Assembly (NCBI RefSeq): GCF_038025025.1
Contig: NW_027117338.1
Span: 2,914,001 to 2,978,000 of the forward strand
DNA length: 64,000 nucleotides
Source: Phyllosticta citribraziliensis
Lineage: Eukaryota
Direction of reading: 5' to 3'
Position numbers and translations under genes: made by a program. The notes below the pieces were generated by a model. That model was not told the DNA's origin. It made no database searches and was given only the letters and a program-made list of their open reading frames with translations. Within the stretch, counting starts at the first letter, position 1; every line of letters begins with the position of its first letter. Positions 23,826 through 34,267 of the stretch are shown in pieces.

Positions 23826-25775
23826 ATGAAGATGCACGTCGCCAACTTTGGCTCGACTACAGCGGCGGCTCTCATCGCGACCCTGGTCACCGCCCCTCTT
23901 GTCGGAGCACTTCCAGTCGACGCACCGCCCAACCCGCTGCCGTTGACGGCCTCCCCCACGGATCTGCTACCGCACATCAACTCTCCCAGTCCATTTGAGA
24001 AGCGGGATGCGTCATGGACGGCATACCCAACGGTTGCGGTGCCGACGCCGCCGGCGCTCACGACCGAGGCGCCATTCATGACGCTGTCCAGGCTCCACAG
24101 CGGCGACGGCGACAACCGCATATGGATTCCATCGACCAAGGAGATCCGGTCAAGCGGGTATCCCCCAGCGAGGATGGGCAAACGAGGAGAATCGACGCCG
24201 ACATTGAAGGAACACGTCCCTGCAAAGGCGCTTCCTGACCGGATTGTTACAACACTGCCCTCGCCTGCGGAGCCAGAGGCCAAAATAGCTGTCGGACTAC
24301 CGGCGCCGGCGGTGGAAGCGAAGAAGACTCGGAAACGCTGTCGTGTCTATCACGGCCGGCGAATTTGCGACCGTGGACCTGACTATGCGGACGGAATAGT
24401 CGCAGGCGGCCATTCGGACAAGAAACACCACACAAAGAGGAAGCATTCTGATAGGGACCACCACGAGTCGGACAACGACCCTCACCGTTACGATTCCGAC
24501 AAGGACCATCACCCCTCTTACTTGATCAAAGAAAACAACCTACAACGACGGGAGGACGGCGAGATTCCGACGCCACTGCCCCTGCCCCTGTCAGCGAAGC
24601 CAGACGCCAACATATACAAGAGGAAGTGGGTGTGCGGAACTGGTATTTACGCTTGTCCCACCCATTCTGACCCGCCCACGCCCACCCACTCTGACGCGGA
24701 CCACCACAAAAAGAAGAAGAAGCCAAAACATTCTGACAAGGACCATCACCATTCTGATAAGGACCATCACTTCTGGTACATGATCAGAAAAAACCACCTA
24801 CCACGACAGGCAGACGGGGAGATTCCGACGCCACAGCCCCTGCCCCTGTCAGCGAAGCCAGATGCCAATATATACAAGAGGAAGGTTCCGTGCGGACCTG
24901 GTACTGGTTACGCTTGTCCCACCCATTCTCACCCGCCCACGCCCATTCATTCTGACGCGGACCACCACAAAAAGAAGAAGCCCAAGCATTCTGACAAGGA
25001 CCATCACCATCTTGACAGTGATCACCACAAGAAGAAGAAGCCGAAGCATTCTGACAAGGACCATCACCATTCCGACAGTGACCACCACAAGAAGCCGGGC
25101 TGGTGGCCGCGTCTTATGGGTCATCGGCAACCTAAGTATCAAAGCGATAGATTTGGTAGGAAGGCCATCAACACCACCGATATCGCAAACTTCACCCGCC
25201 AGAGCGAAGTCGCGCCTGGTGCAGATCTCCGGAGCGTAGGCTACTATACCAACAACAAACCGTCCGCTGGCGGTCTCAAGGAGAAGCTATTTGGAAACTC
25301 CACCCGGGGAATCGTTGGCGACGTCATCGACTCGATCAGGGGGAACAAGAATGACAACGAGACCAACAACGCCACCGGCAGCATCGTCGACAACATCGCC
25401 AACTCATCCACAGCGAAGAAGGACGACAAGCAGCACAACAGCCCCACCAACGGCCTTCTCGGCAACCTCGTCAACGCAGTCAAGCAGAAGAGGGGCAAGG
25501 TCTGGCACGGGTGGCACACGCACGATGATGGCCTGCCCGAGAAGCCGCCCGTCATCACCCACGGCTACCACACGCACCCGAACGAGATCTATGGCGAGAC
25601 GATCGCAGACTGCCCCTTGCGGAAGCGGGAAATCGAACTCGAGAACCGCCACAAGCAGCCCATCCCTAAGGGAAACGCCGTCTCAGCATCAGCGTCGGGA
25701 GATAATGGGGACTTGGGGCAGCGGCGCGGCGTTGAGATTAGGCGGCCTGGCTTGCCAGGGGCAAAAGAAGGGTAG
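23826..25775 (+). CDS. Secreted His/Lys-rich repeat polyprotein with multiple Kex2 (KR/RR) sites (KEP-like precursor)
   Basis: Signal-like N-terminus (AAALIATLVTAPLVGA|LP), at least 8 KR sites, internal tandem repeats, many HSDxDHH motifs, coding-like codon usage over about 650 codons. Confidence 0.8.
   Translation: MKMHVANFGSTTAAALIATLVTAPLVGALPVDAPPNPLPLTASPTDLLPHINSPSPFEKRDASWTAYPTVAVPTPPALTTEAPFMTLSRLHSGDGDNRIWIPSTKEIRSSGYPPARMGKRGESTPTLKEHVPAKALPDRIVTTLPSPAEPEAKIAVGLPAPAVEAKKTRKRCRVYHGRRICDRGPDYADGIVAGGHSDKKHHTKRKHSDRDHHESDNDPHRYDSDKDHHPSYLIKENNLQRREDGEIPTPLPLPLSAKPDANIYKRKWVCGTGIYACPTHSDPPTPTHSDADHHKKKKKPKHSDKDHHHSDKDHHFWYMIRKNHLPRQADGEIPTPQPLPLSAKPDANIYKRKVPCGPGTGYACPTHSHPPTPIHSDADHHKKKKPKHSDKDHHHLDSDHHKKKKPKHSDKDHHHSDSDHHKKPGWWPRLMGHRQPKYQSDRFGRKAINTTDIANFTRQSEVAPGADLRSVGYYTNNKPSAGGLKEKLFGNSTRGIVGDVIDSIRGNKNDNETNNATGSIVDNIANSSTAKKDDKQHNSPTNGLLGNLVNAVKQKRGKVWHGWHTHDDGLPEKPPVITHGYHTHPNEIYGETIADCPLRKREIELENRHKQPIPKGNAVSASASGDNGDLGQRRGVEIRRPGLPGAKEG
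24495..25094 (+). repeat. Coding tandem repeats: 258-nt unit x2 plus nested 60-nt unit x2.2
   Basis: GACGGnGAGATTCCGACGCCA at 24555 and 24813 (period 258). GAyCACCACAAnAAG at 24960, 25020 and 25080 (period 60). Confidence 0.92.
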
Positions 25776-27058
25776 TGCGTGGCGTCAACTGGCTTGAGAG
25801 TGTGTTGCGAGCTTACCGTTCCAGGGCGGCACGCGTAGTTGAGGAGAAAGCGGCGCGTAGGAGGTCGACCAGGGCGATGCGGAAGAAGTTGGCAAGTGCG
25901 CTTCGGAAGCAGTTGGCGCAGGCGAAGGGGCAGCGGCGGAGGCAGATTCGTGTGCTGGTGAAGGAGAGGAAAGCGGAGGGGAGGACAAGGAGAAGGGAAA
26001 GGCAGGAGAAAGTGAGGGGAATGCAGAATAGCTGAGGAAGCAAAGGAGAAGGGGGATAGAATAGGATGAGAGTTGTGCATTTTCAGTGATGGGTTTCAGG
26101 TTGGGTTGTTGTTCGGTTTGCCTGAGGTTTGAGATAGGTAGTGTAGTCTGAACTCACGTCATTATGTCGCTTTTCACTTGCATCGCTTGGATAAGTCGAC
26201 GACGTGTAGTTTCGTAGTTGCGTCTTTCGTGCATGATGAAAGAAGGGACGAAAGAAAGGAATGTGGGTAAAAGGACAAGAGATGGTCTTGAAAAAGCAAT
26301 TTCACATGCGCCAAAAAGAGCGAAGAAAATCTAGAAAATCTCCAAAAGTCAATTCAATGCAAACAGCACAAACCAAATGCTCTGTTCCTTACTCTGTTTA
26401 CATCTCCATCTCCCTCCGTCCCTACCGTCACTTTCCAGACTCCTCTATCTCTACATCCATACATTGAAACACAAAAAAGTGGTATATCCAACAACAGAAT
26501 TAGCATCAAGGAAAGAAAAAGACACCAAGCCGTACATCCAAAACAACGCGTCTCCGGCATGTCTAGCTTTTCTGTACAACGGAGGTGGTTACAATGTATA
26601 GAACACAAAGAATACAGTGGTCGGCGGCGGAACAGGCGTCGCCAGACTAAAGGAGTTGCAGGGGGTGTTTGCGCGGCGGAACCCGCGCTCATGATTGCTG
26701 TGTCGTGCTGGTGCGCGTCTACCAACCAGCGAGCCAGCATCTTGGACGTGCTCGAGGGGCGGCGGCTTCTGGTGTTTTGAAAGAGTTCGAAGCCGCTGCT
26801 TGTCTTGGTGCTCGGGAGCGTGTAGTTGGGCTGGCTGGGGTTGTTGGTAGAAGGGCGCGCCGACGATGCAACAGGATCAACTGCGTAGAAGGGTATTGGA
26901 ATGGGGCGTGAAGGTGTCGTAACAGGCGGGTGGGCGCGAAGCAGTCGGCTACACGTATAACCTCCGGCGGAGCTGATGAACGCAACAGGACGAGCGGAGG
27001 GCGTGTCGAGTATTCTGAACTCCAGACTTCCGGTTGTCGCCGAGAAGATTTATGGCCC

Positions 27059-28613
27059 TCAGTGCGGTGCAGGCCATGACGTAGGGGGACCCTCAGGCCA
27101 TGACGGCGGACGACCCGCAGGCCACGACGGCGGGCGGCCAGGAACCGTGTCCGAGTCGGCCGTTGCGATGCGCTCCGTCTCGAGCCCGTCTTCCGAATGG
27201 ACGATTTGGAATTCTGTCGTCACCTCGACGGCCATGTCGTTTCTGCTGTTGTGGTTGCTCGGCGACCTCGGAGCGTTGACATACGTCTCGCCGCTTACTC
27301 GGTCTCCCGGGTTCAGCTTCAAACTCGACATGACTTCGGGATTGTGCTGGACTCCTTCTCCGTTCGGGGTGACAGGCTGCGCGCCGTAGATGGCGAGTTC
27401 CTTGACCAGCTCATCCTCGCTATCGCTGCGCGTTATGGGACCAGTCATGCGCTTGACCTTGTCATCGGGCTTGGTACCGTTGGCAGTAATGGTAGTGCGG
27501 TGGGAGCAATTTTGTCGGCCAGATACGTTGAGTTCGTATAGGTTAGATCCACGACGGCTTGGGTACGTTCCTTTGCGCGATGTGTGGCCGAGAATGACGA
27601 CACGAAGCGTTGGCAGACAGGTCATGATTATTGCAATGCTAGTCTCGATCATGGATACGGTGCACGTAATCATGGTTTCTTGCGTATGGGAGTAGTATGC
27701 GCGAATGACTAAAAAGTCAGTATTTATTTTAGTAGACGATTCCTGACTTTAGACGTACTGCTCGTTATGATGACGATAATTCCGAGGGCGAAGACGCAGC
27801 TGACACCAAACTTTTGCTTGGTGGGTAGATTGAGCTTCAAGACCATGGAAATTGGAAGGCACATGATCAGGACGTCTGTCAAAATATTGACTGCAGCATT
27901 GTCAGCGCTTTTCCATATGGATCGCATTGTGCCACCAACATAATATGGTGATCCAGTAGTTAATCTGGCCAGCCGAAGGTGGGCAAGTGTTGCCTTCTCT
28001 GCTCCATGAGCGGCTGAGTGGATAACACCTGAAAATTGTGTCGAATAGAATGACAAGCCAGGAAACGGCCAGCCAAACCAACGTGGCATTGTAGAGCTTT
28101 TGCAAATACGGGTAAGTGGTGCCGGCGAGCCTTTTGTAAAAGATGACCTGAGATTGTCAATAAGCCATTTATTCATGACAGCGAGACTTCTCACTCACCA
28201 AGGCGGCTTTGATCAGCCACAGAGAGAGAGTGTAGAAGAGAGAGCCAGGATAGATGAGCTTTTGCATTTCGATGAAGCCGGCAGGCGAAGCACGCTGCGG
28301 TTCAGCCATGCCTTGACCTCGGTCAGCAATGATGCACAAACAAGAAGTGAGTCTTCAGACGCATACCAATGACCCAAATCCGATGCTGTATGCCCAAATC
28401 GCCAACCAGAAGGCCAAAGGCGCCAATGAGCAGGTAGTCGTCGACGGCCAGGCCACCCATTCTGAGCAACCTCACCACCAGGCGAGTGGCCAGGAATGTG
28501 CCCGCGGCCGCGGTACAAACGTACCATGATGCCTCGCAGGTGTATTAGCAGAAGTAAAAGACATTAGGGACTCTGGAGCAACATACGACTTGGCCCACGC
28601 CAGTGGCACCCAT
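27059..28613 (-). CDS. PTH11-like (rhodopsin-domain) integral membrane receptor without CFEM, multi-exon
   Basis: Spliced MGATGVGQV-ASWYVCTAAAGTFLATRLVVR..GLAVDDYLL, FYKRL, FRCYPL, NILTDVLIMCLPISMVLKLNLPTKQKFGVSCVFALG, IETSIAIIMTCLPTLR are typical Pth11-family segments. Confidence 0.87.
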
Positions 28614-30093
28614 TGTAGTTGCAAGTAGGATGCCAAAGGGGACAAAAAGAAGTTAATACATGGTGGATCGACAGGCAGGTCGCCTTTTAGACGGCGGGGA
28701 GGGCGAGACCGCACATGGGCTCCAAAAGAACAGTCCGGGATTCATGACATGGGGCATTGCGGATCATGTAAGCTTTGATATGATCACACATGACATTGTA
28801 GGGCGATCCCTGCGACACATCGATAGACCACGGCCGCGCGTTCGTCTTTGAAGAGGAAAGGCAGAATGGCGAAGATGGTATTTGATGCAGAATTTGTTTG
28901 CTAGCTGAGACGGCAGGCCAAGGACGGGCAAAAGACCACGCGGCATGACAGCCAAGGAGAGCGGCAGATGAGAGAGCAAAAAAGTCGGCGGGCGTGAAGA
29001 AGACCGAGAAGCAGGCCGAGAAGCACCGGGGTGGTGGGCGCAGGGCCGGGATGTGTCTTCGGGCGTATGAGGATTCAATAATATCCGCAGAGGATGTGTC
29101 GTCAGGCGAGCACGAAGCGGAAGGGAAGAGCGCGAGAATTTGCCCAAGAGGCTGCTGGAGGCCGGGCCGAATAGGACGGGCTGTGCGGGCGTGAGGATGA
29201 ACCGTGATGGCGTTGGGTGGTGAAGAAGAGGACGGAAGAGGGAGGGGGAAGAAAAGGGAGCACCGCAGCAGCCCTATCGGCCACCGGAGCTTCCAGGTCG
29301 CTGAGGTGCTCGCTAGACGCGGCAGTGAGCCGCGCCTGTGGTACTGTACAGTACCTTCAACACCACCAACAACCTCCCGTCTCTTCTCACCACCTTTGTT
29401 GCTTGCGTTGTCGGCCTCGTCCATCACCACCACCACCACTACCATGGCCATGTCCTGCCCTGCACCTCTCCGTCTGCGGTTCCGGCCGCAGAACTTTCTT
29501 CCGCCCACCGAACCGTCTTGCGCCCATGACTCTCCGGGCAATCGTCCGCACCTGGATGGCACGCGCGCGTCGTCATTTGCAGAGCACACGTCTCCCCACC
29601 TCGCTCCGGTATAGACTTTGCCAGTCCAACTCGACGCCCGTGTCCGTCATGCGGTTTTGGGGACAGCTGCTCGCTTCGCACAGGCGTGGCGTGGCCACAT
29701 CTGGCGTAGTCCCTGAATCTCGTATGCCGGACGGCCATCCCCCAGCTACACCACATTTCCTCGCCCCTGCCCGCACCTGAACTTCGCCTCGACCCACATC
29801 CCACTGCCATCCGTATCGCCAATTCGCCCACGCCTCTCCCCCGGTAGGTCCCGTGTTTCGTTCAGACTGCTGTGCGCGCCTGTCCAAATTCCCGGCGAGA
29901 ACCCGTGGATGCCTGCCCTCTGCCCCAAAATGTCCTCCTGGACGGCTGCGTGCGTGAAGCCCCCTTCCTGCTTCTTCCTTGATATCTGTCCGCTCTCCCT
30001 TTGCTGTCCTCTTTTGTCTCGGCTTGAGCCTGGTTGCACCTGACTCCTTTGTCGTTCATTTTGCCAACCTTTGCTCAACGTCTTGTCGCGACC

Positions 30094-32036
30094 ATGGGTC
30101 TGTTCGACAACCTTGTTTGTCAAGCCGTGACCACCGGTCTGCTCCCAGTGGCTCTCCTCGGCTGCCAGGCCCTGTCACAATGCATCGACACTCCCACCAT
30201 GGTCTGCACCAACTCGGGTGCCGTCCAAGGCTACACCGAGCAAGGCACGGGGAACCGCGTCTTCAAAGGCATCCCCTTTGCCGAATCGACCGCTGGCACC
30301 AACCGATTTCAGCCTCCAGTGACCGGCGTCAAGTGGTCGACTTCCCTCAACGCAACCGAATATGGTCCAACCTGCCCTCAGGCAAGCATCTCCAGCAGCC
30401 TCGCTGCCCAGGGCGATGACTGCTTGAACCTGAATGTCTGGACTCCGGCAAACGGAACTGACTTGCCCGTAAGTGATACCTCGGCTTTGCACATCCCTCC
30501 CCTTTTGGTATTAAGCTTTTGACCATTATTTAGGTCTTCGTTTACGTCTACGGAGGCGCCATGGTCACTGGCGGCTCCAGCAACTCTCAATGGCAAGGCA
30601 CCAACTTTGCCTCCAAGGGTGTCGTCTATGTCAACTTCAACTATCGCGAAAGCGTCTTTGGCGCCCCCAACTCGGCGTTGCTGGGCGTAAATGGCTCATC
30701 TCAAAACGTCAACATCCTCGATGTCGAGGCTGCTCTCGAGTGGGTCTACGACAATATTGAAAGTAAGTCATGCCCCGATGGCGTTAGCCATTTGCTCTGG
30801 CTAACATGGTCCCCAAGCGTTCGGCGGGAACAGAAGCCGAGTGGTGCTCGGTGGTCACTCTTCTGGATCCGTGCACGTCGACCACTACCTTTGGAATCAC
30901 CCCGACACGTGGCTCGCCGGCGCCATCGAGATGTCTGCCAACGCCAAGTCTGGTCCGGGCTACGCGCCACAGGATGTTGCCCTGGACACCTTGATGGCTG
31001 ACATCTCCAACGTTACGGGCTCCGTGGTCGACTCCATTGCTGATCTCGAGGCGCTCCCCGTTTACGACATTGAGACGGCCACCTTCAACTCGACCACCAA
31101 CACGTGGTTCGCGCCCATTGTCGACAACATCACCCGCCACTCCGACTATGAGGGACGCTTTGCACAGGGTCTTTACCCCACAAATGTGCCGCTGATTGTC
31201 GGAAACTCCGATCAAGAAGGGGCTCTGTTCGGCGCCGTCTACTCCGCCGAGAACACCAACTTCAGCTCCTGGATCAACACCTTTGACGCCGATCTCGCCT
31301 TTGTCCCGGATGAAGAGCTCCTGGCCTCGTACAACGAGTCCGACTACTCGAGCGTTTCTTCGATGAGCGGAGCGAGCTACGGCGACGCGCGCTTCCTTTG
31401 CTCCACGGACTACCTCCTCGACCTGCGTGCATCAACGCAGCCCACTTGGATCTACCGCTGGTTCGGCGACTACAGCATTGTCACGGGCGTCGACGGCCTT
31501 GGCCCGACGCACGGTACCGAGGTGCCCTTTTTCCACGGCGGCGGCGACTGCTTCTCCGGCCTCGACGCCAGCGACGTCACGGATGACATGCAGGTCCTCG
31601 CCGACTGGATGAACGACTGGCTCGTCGCCTGGATCAAGAACCCCGCTGCCGGCCCTGGCTGGGACAAGGCCACGCCCAAGTCGGGCCCCGTTGCAACCGT
31701 CGGAGTGCCAGGCAACGAGACGGAGATCATCATGGCCGACACGGCAGACTACAACGCGCGATGCCAATCTGTAAGTTTCTCCAATCTTTCCTCTCCGTCT
31801 ACGCTCGGAAGCCGAATTCCTCGCAAAATTTCGCGATCTCCAGCAATCAGCATGATGCGGAGATTTGTGCTAGAGCTTGGACGCGTTGATCAGCGAGATC
31901 TACTCACCGAGTTCGGCATTTGCACCCCATGACCTCATTTGGAAGAAGAATTAGGCTAACGTGTTTTGGCGCACTATAGCTGTACAAGCCGCACTATCCC
32001 GCCTACCCGGTCATTATTGATCCGACCACTGTCTAG
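30094..32036 (+). CDS. Secreted type-B carboxylesterase/lipase; exons 30094-30468, 30534-30762, 30818-31770, 31980-32036
   Basis: Signal peptide, FKGIPFA, DCLNLNVW, YGGA oxyanion hole, FNYR, GHSSG nucleophile, NSDQEG acid and HGTE histidine. Confidence 0.92.
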
Positions 32037-33339
32037 AAGACGCGCCTCGCCTGCGACGTTGTTTGAAAGACTCGGTCTGACGCGTTGTCCACCTGAAGTT
32101 CTTTTGTCGATATCTTCTTCCTTTCACCACGGCTGGCCGGTCTTGTGGGGCAAACACGAGCATCGGCCCTTGTCCTCCTTTGTACAGGGAGCGTTCCGAC
32201 GCAGCAACAGTCGCTCCTTACCTACCAGCATACCTACCTACTTGCCTCGAAAGCGTCGACTCGCTCAATTAATGATTTTTGTCTAGTCACTCACACATCT
32301 CCCCACCTCTGTTCCTCACGCCTCTCACCTTCTTGCATCTTGTTTGCATGTGGGAACCTTCTCATCTTTCTCTCTCTATTCTCTTCATCAGTCACCTCAA
32401 GAAGATCTTCCCCCTAACCACCACATCACTCCCTCTTGTACGATAGATTGCCTACGACCACCTCTCTCTCTCCCTCTTCTTTTCGTATTTTCTTCCTTCA
32501 CCCACGCACATCTTGATACCCCCGCCGCTCTGCTGCATAGCGAAAAGGATAGGATAGAATAGAGCCTCGCCCCATCGGGGCGTTTTACCGCTCTCGATTG
32601 CAACAAAAGTTTGATCCAGCCTTTCTTTCCAAGCAAGCAAGCAAGCACTACTTTGCTTCTTGGCCATGCCCGTGCAAGGACCAACCTGGGATTGCGTGAT
32701 CCCGATCTGTACAACGCGTTTGGCAGGGCAGTGTACAGAGGGGAGCACTGAGCATTCATTTGCGCCACCTCCGCCTCCGCCTCAACTACTAGCTTGACAG
32801 CGCCACAAGCAGCGCCGTGTGCGTTACGCGCACTCAGTGAAGGCATGTTGCGTCGCGTCGTAAAAATAACAATCTGATTGGCCGCTCGTGCGCCGTGTTT
32901 AGGTTTGCTCCGATATACGACATGCGTACCCGCGGTAGCTTGGTAAGTACGGTAACCTTGTTGCCGGCCTCTACTCTGACTACAATATACCGGTATACTC
33001 CATCTCTTTCGCTGTGGCTTTTTATTGGCTCGTTGGATGCGGCGTTTGCTTTACTCCGTGTAGTCTTCTTGAATTAGGCCTCAGGATCTTTGGTTTTTAG
33101 TTGGCTAGGCCGTTGATCGTCTTGTTGCCGACGGCTTGCCATGCCAGTAGGTGCGTACGTGCGTCGTGGGGTCACAGAACGCGCAGTGAAGCAATCCTTT
33201 GCACCGTCAATCGTTTATTCTGTCTTTACCACCAAATGCCCACCCATCTACCATAGTGGGTTTTCCCTCCCTCCCTCCCTCCCTCCCTCCGCTCTGCCAG
33301 CCACCCAACAGCCCCTCCCACCTCCTACCCCTCCTCATT

Positions 33340-34267
33340 CTACTCCTTCTCCCGCGGCGGATACCTCCCCGGCTTCGGCCCCTTCAGTATGAGTTTGCCG
33401 ATGGAGCAAATGACGCCCTTCGGCGTGACGCGCGCCTGTATATTCTCGATGTAGTAGATAGTCGTGTCGGTGACGGGCTTACACCACGACGTGTCGCGGC
33501 CGTTTGATATCTGCAACACCCCCCAGAAAAACGGGTGAGCGTCAGCCAGTCATCTCTGTGTCGACGGCCAACAAGCAGCGACAACGAAAAACAGAACAGC
33601 AGGAGCAGACGACGTACAATTACAACATTGCGAAACTCGAGCCACCCAAAATCCCACGCCTTGCCGTACACCTCGATGGCGAAGAGCGCCTGGTTGAAGA
33701 ACTTGCCGCCGAGCGGCCACGAGTTGGTGCGCGTCGTGCCCGTGCTGTCGTGGCGGATGGTCGTCGTCCACCACGCGCGCTCGTCGCCCGCGTGAGTCCA
33801 TTTGTTGTTGAACGAGACGGTTTCGCCGGCGTAGACGTTGAAGCCGCCGCCCCTGTCGGTTGGTGTGTTAGACAGCATCACGACCACAACCACAGCCACA
33901 AAACCCCAAAACAGATGCAACAGCACAAGTAAAAGAAGAATTAAACAACTCACCAGCCCCACCCCTTAAAACAGCACCACCCGCTCGCAAAGGACCAATG
34001 CCCCTTATTCCCATCGAGCACGTTTTGGTAGATGCCGCCCCCGTACCGCGGCTGCAGGCCCGGGAATATGTAGTAGGCGCCCGGCGACCTGAGCGGCGGA
34101 ATCACCATCTGGCCCGACAGCTCGACGAAGAACTGGACGGGCTCCGGGTGCGGCGTTGTGGCGAAGTGGACGTCGTACCATTTGCTGGCGAGGGCGCCGG
34201 GGGGCGTGGTGGAGAGGAGAAAGACGAGGAGGAGCGGGAGGAGCGGGTTGAGGAGGGGAATGCGCAT
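33340..34267 (-). CDS. Small secreted beta-rich protein of unknown function (effector candidate); exons 34267-33954, 33852-33618, 33510-33340
   Basis: Strong signal peptide (LLPLLLVFLLSTTPPGALA|S), YYIFPGLQP, YQNVLDG, SGWCC, FAIE and WC motifs. Two canonical introns keep frame to TAG at 33340. Confidence 0.8.

Noticed and set aside
24495..25094. Repeat array considered as CRISPR-like or as a dikaritin RiPP cluster
   Set aside because: Repeats are in-frame coding units in a eukaryote with no unique spacers or cas genes, and no DUF3328/UstYa gene is visible nearby.
28687..29589. 300-aa minus-strand ORF upstream of the PTH11-like gene
   Set aside because: Low-complexity GC-rich spacer sequence with no recognisable domain.
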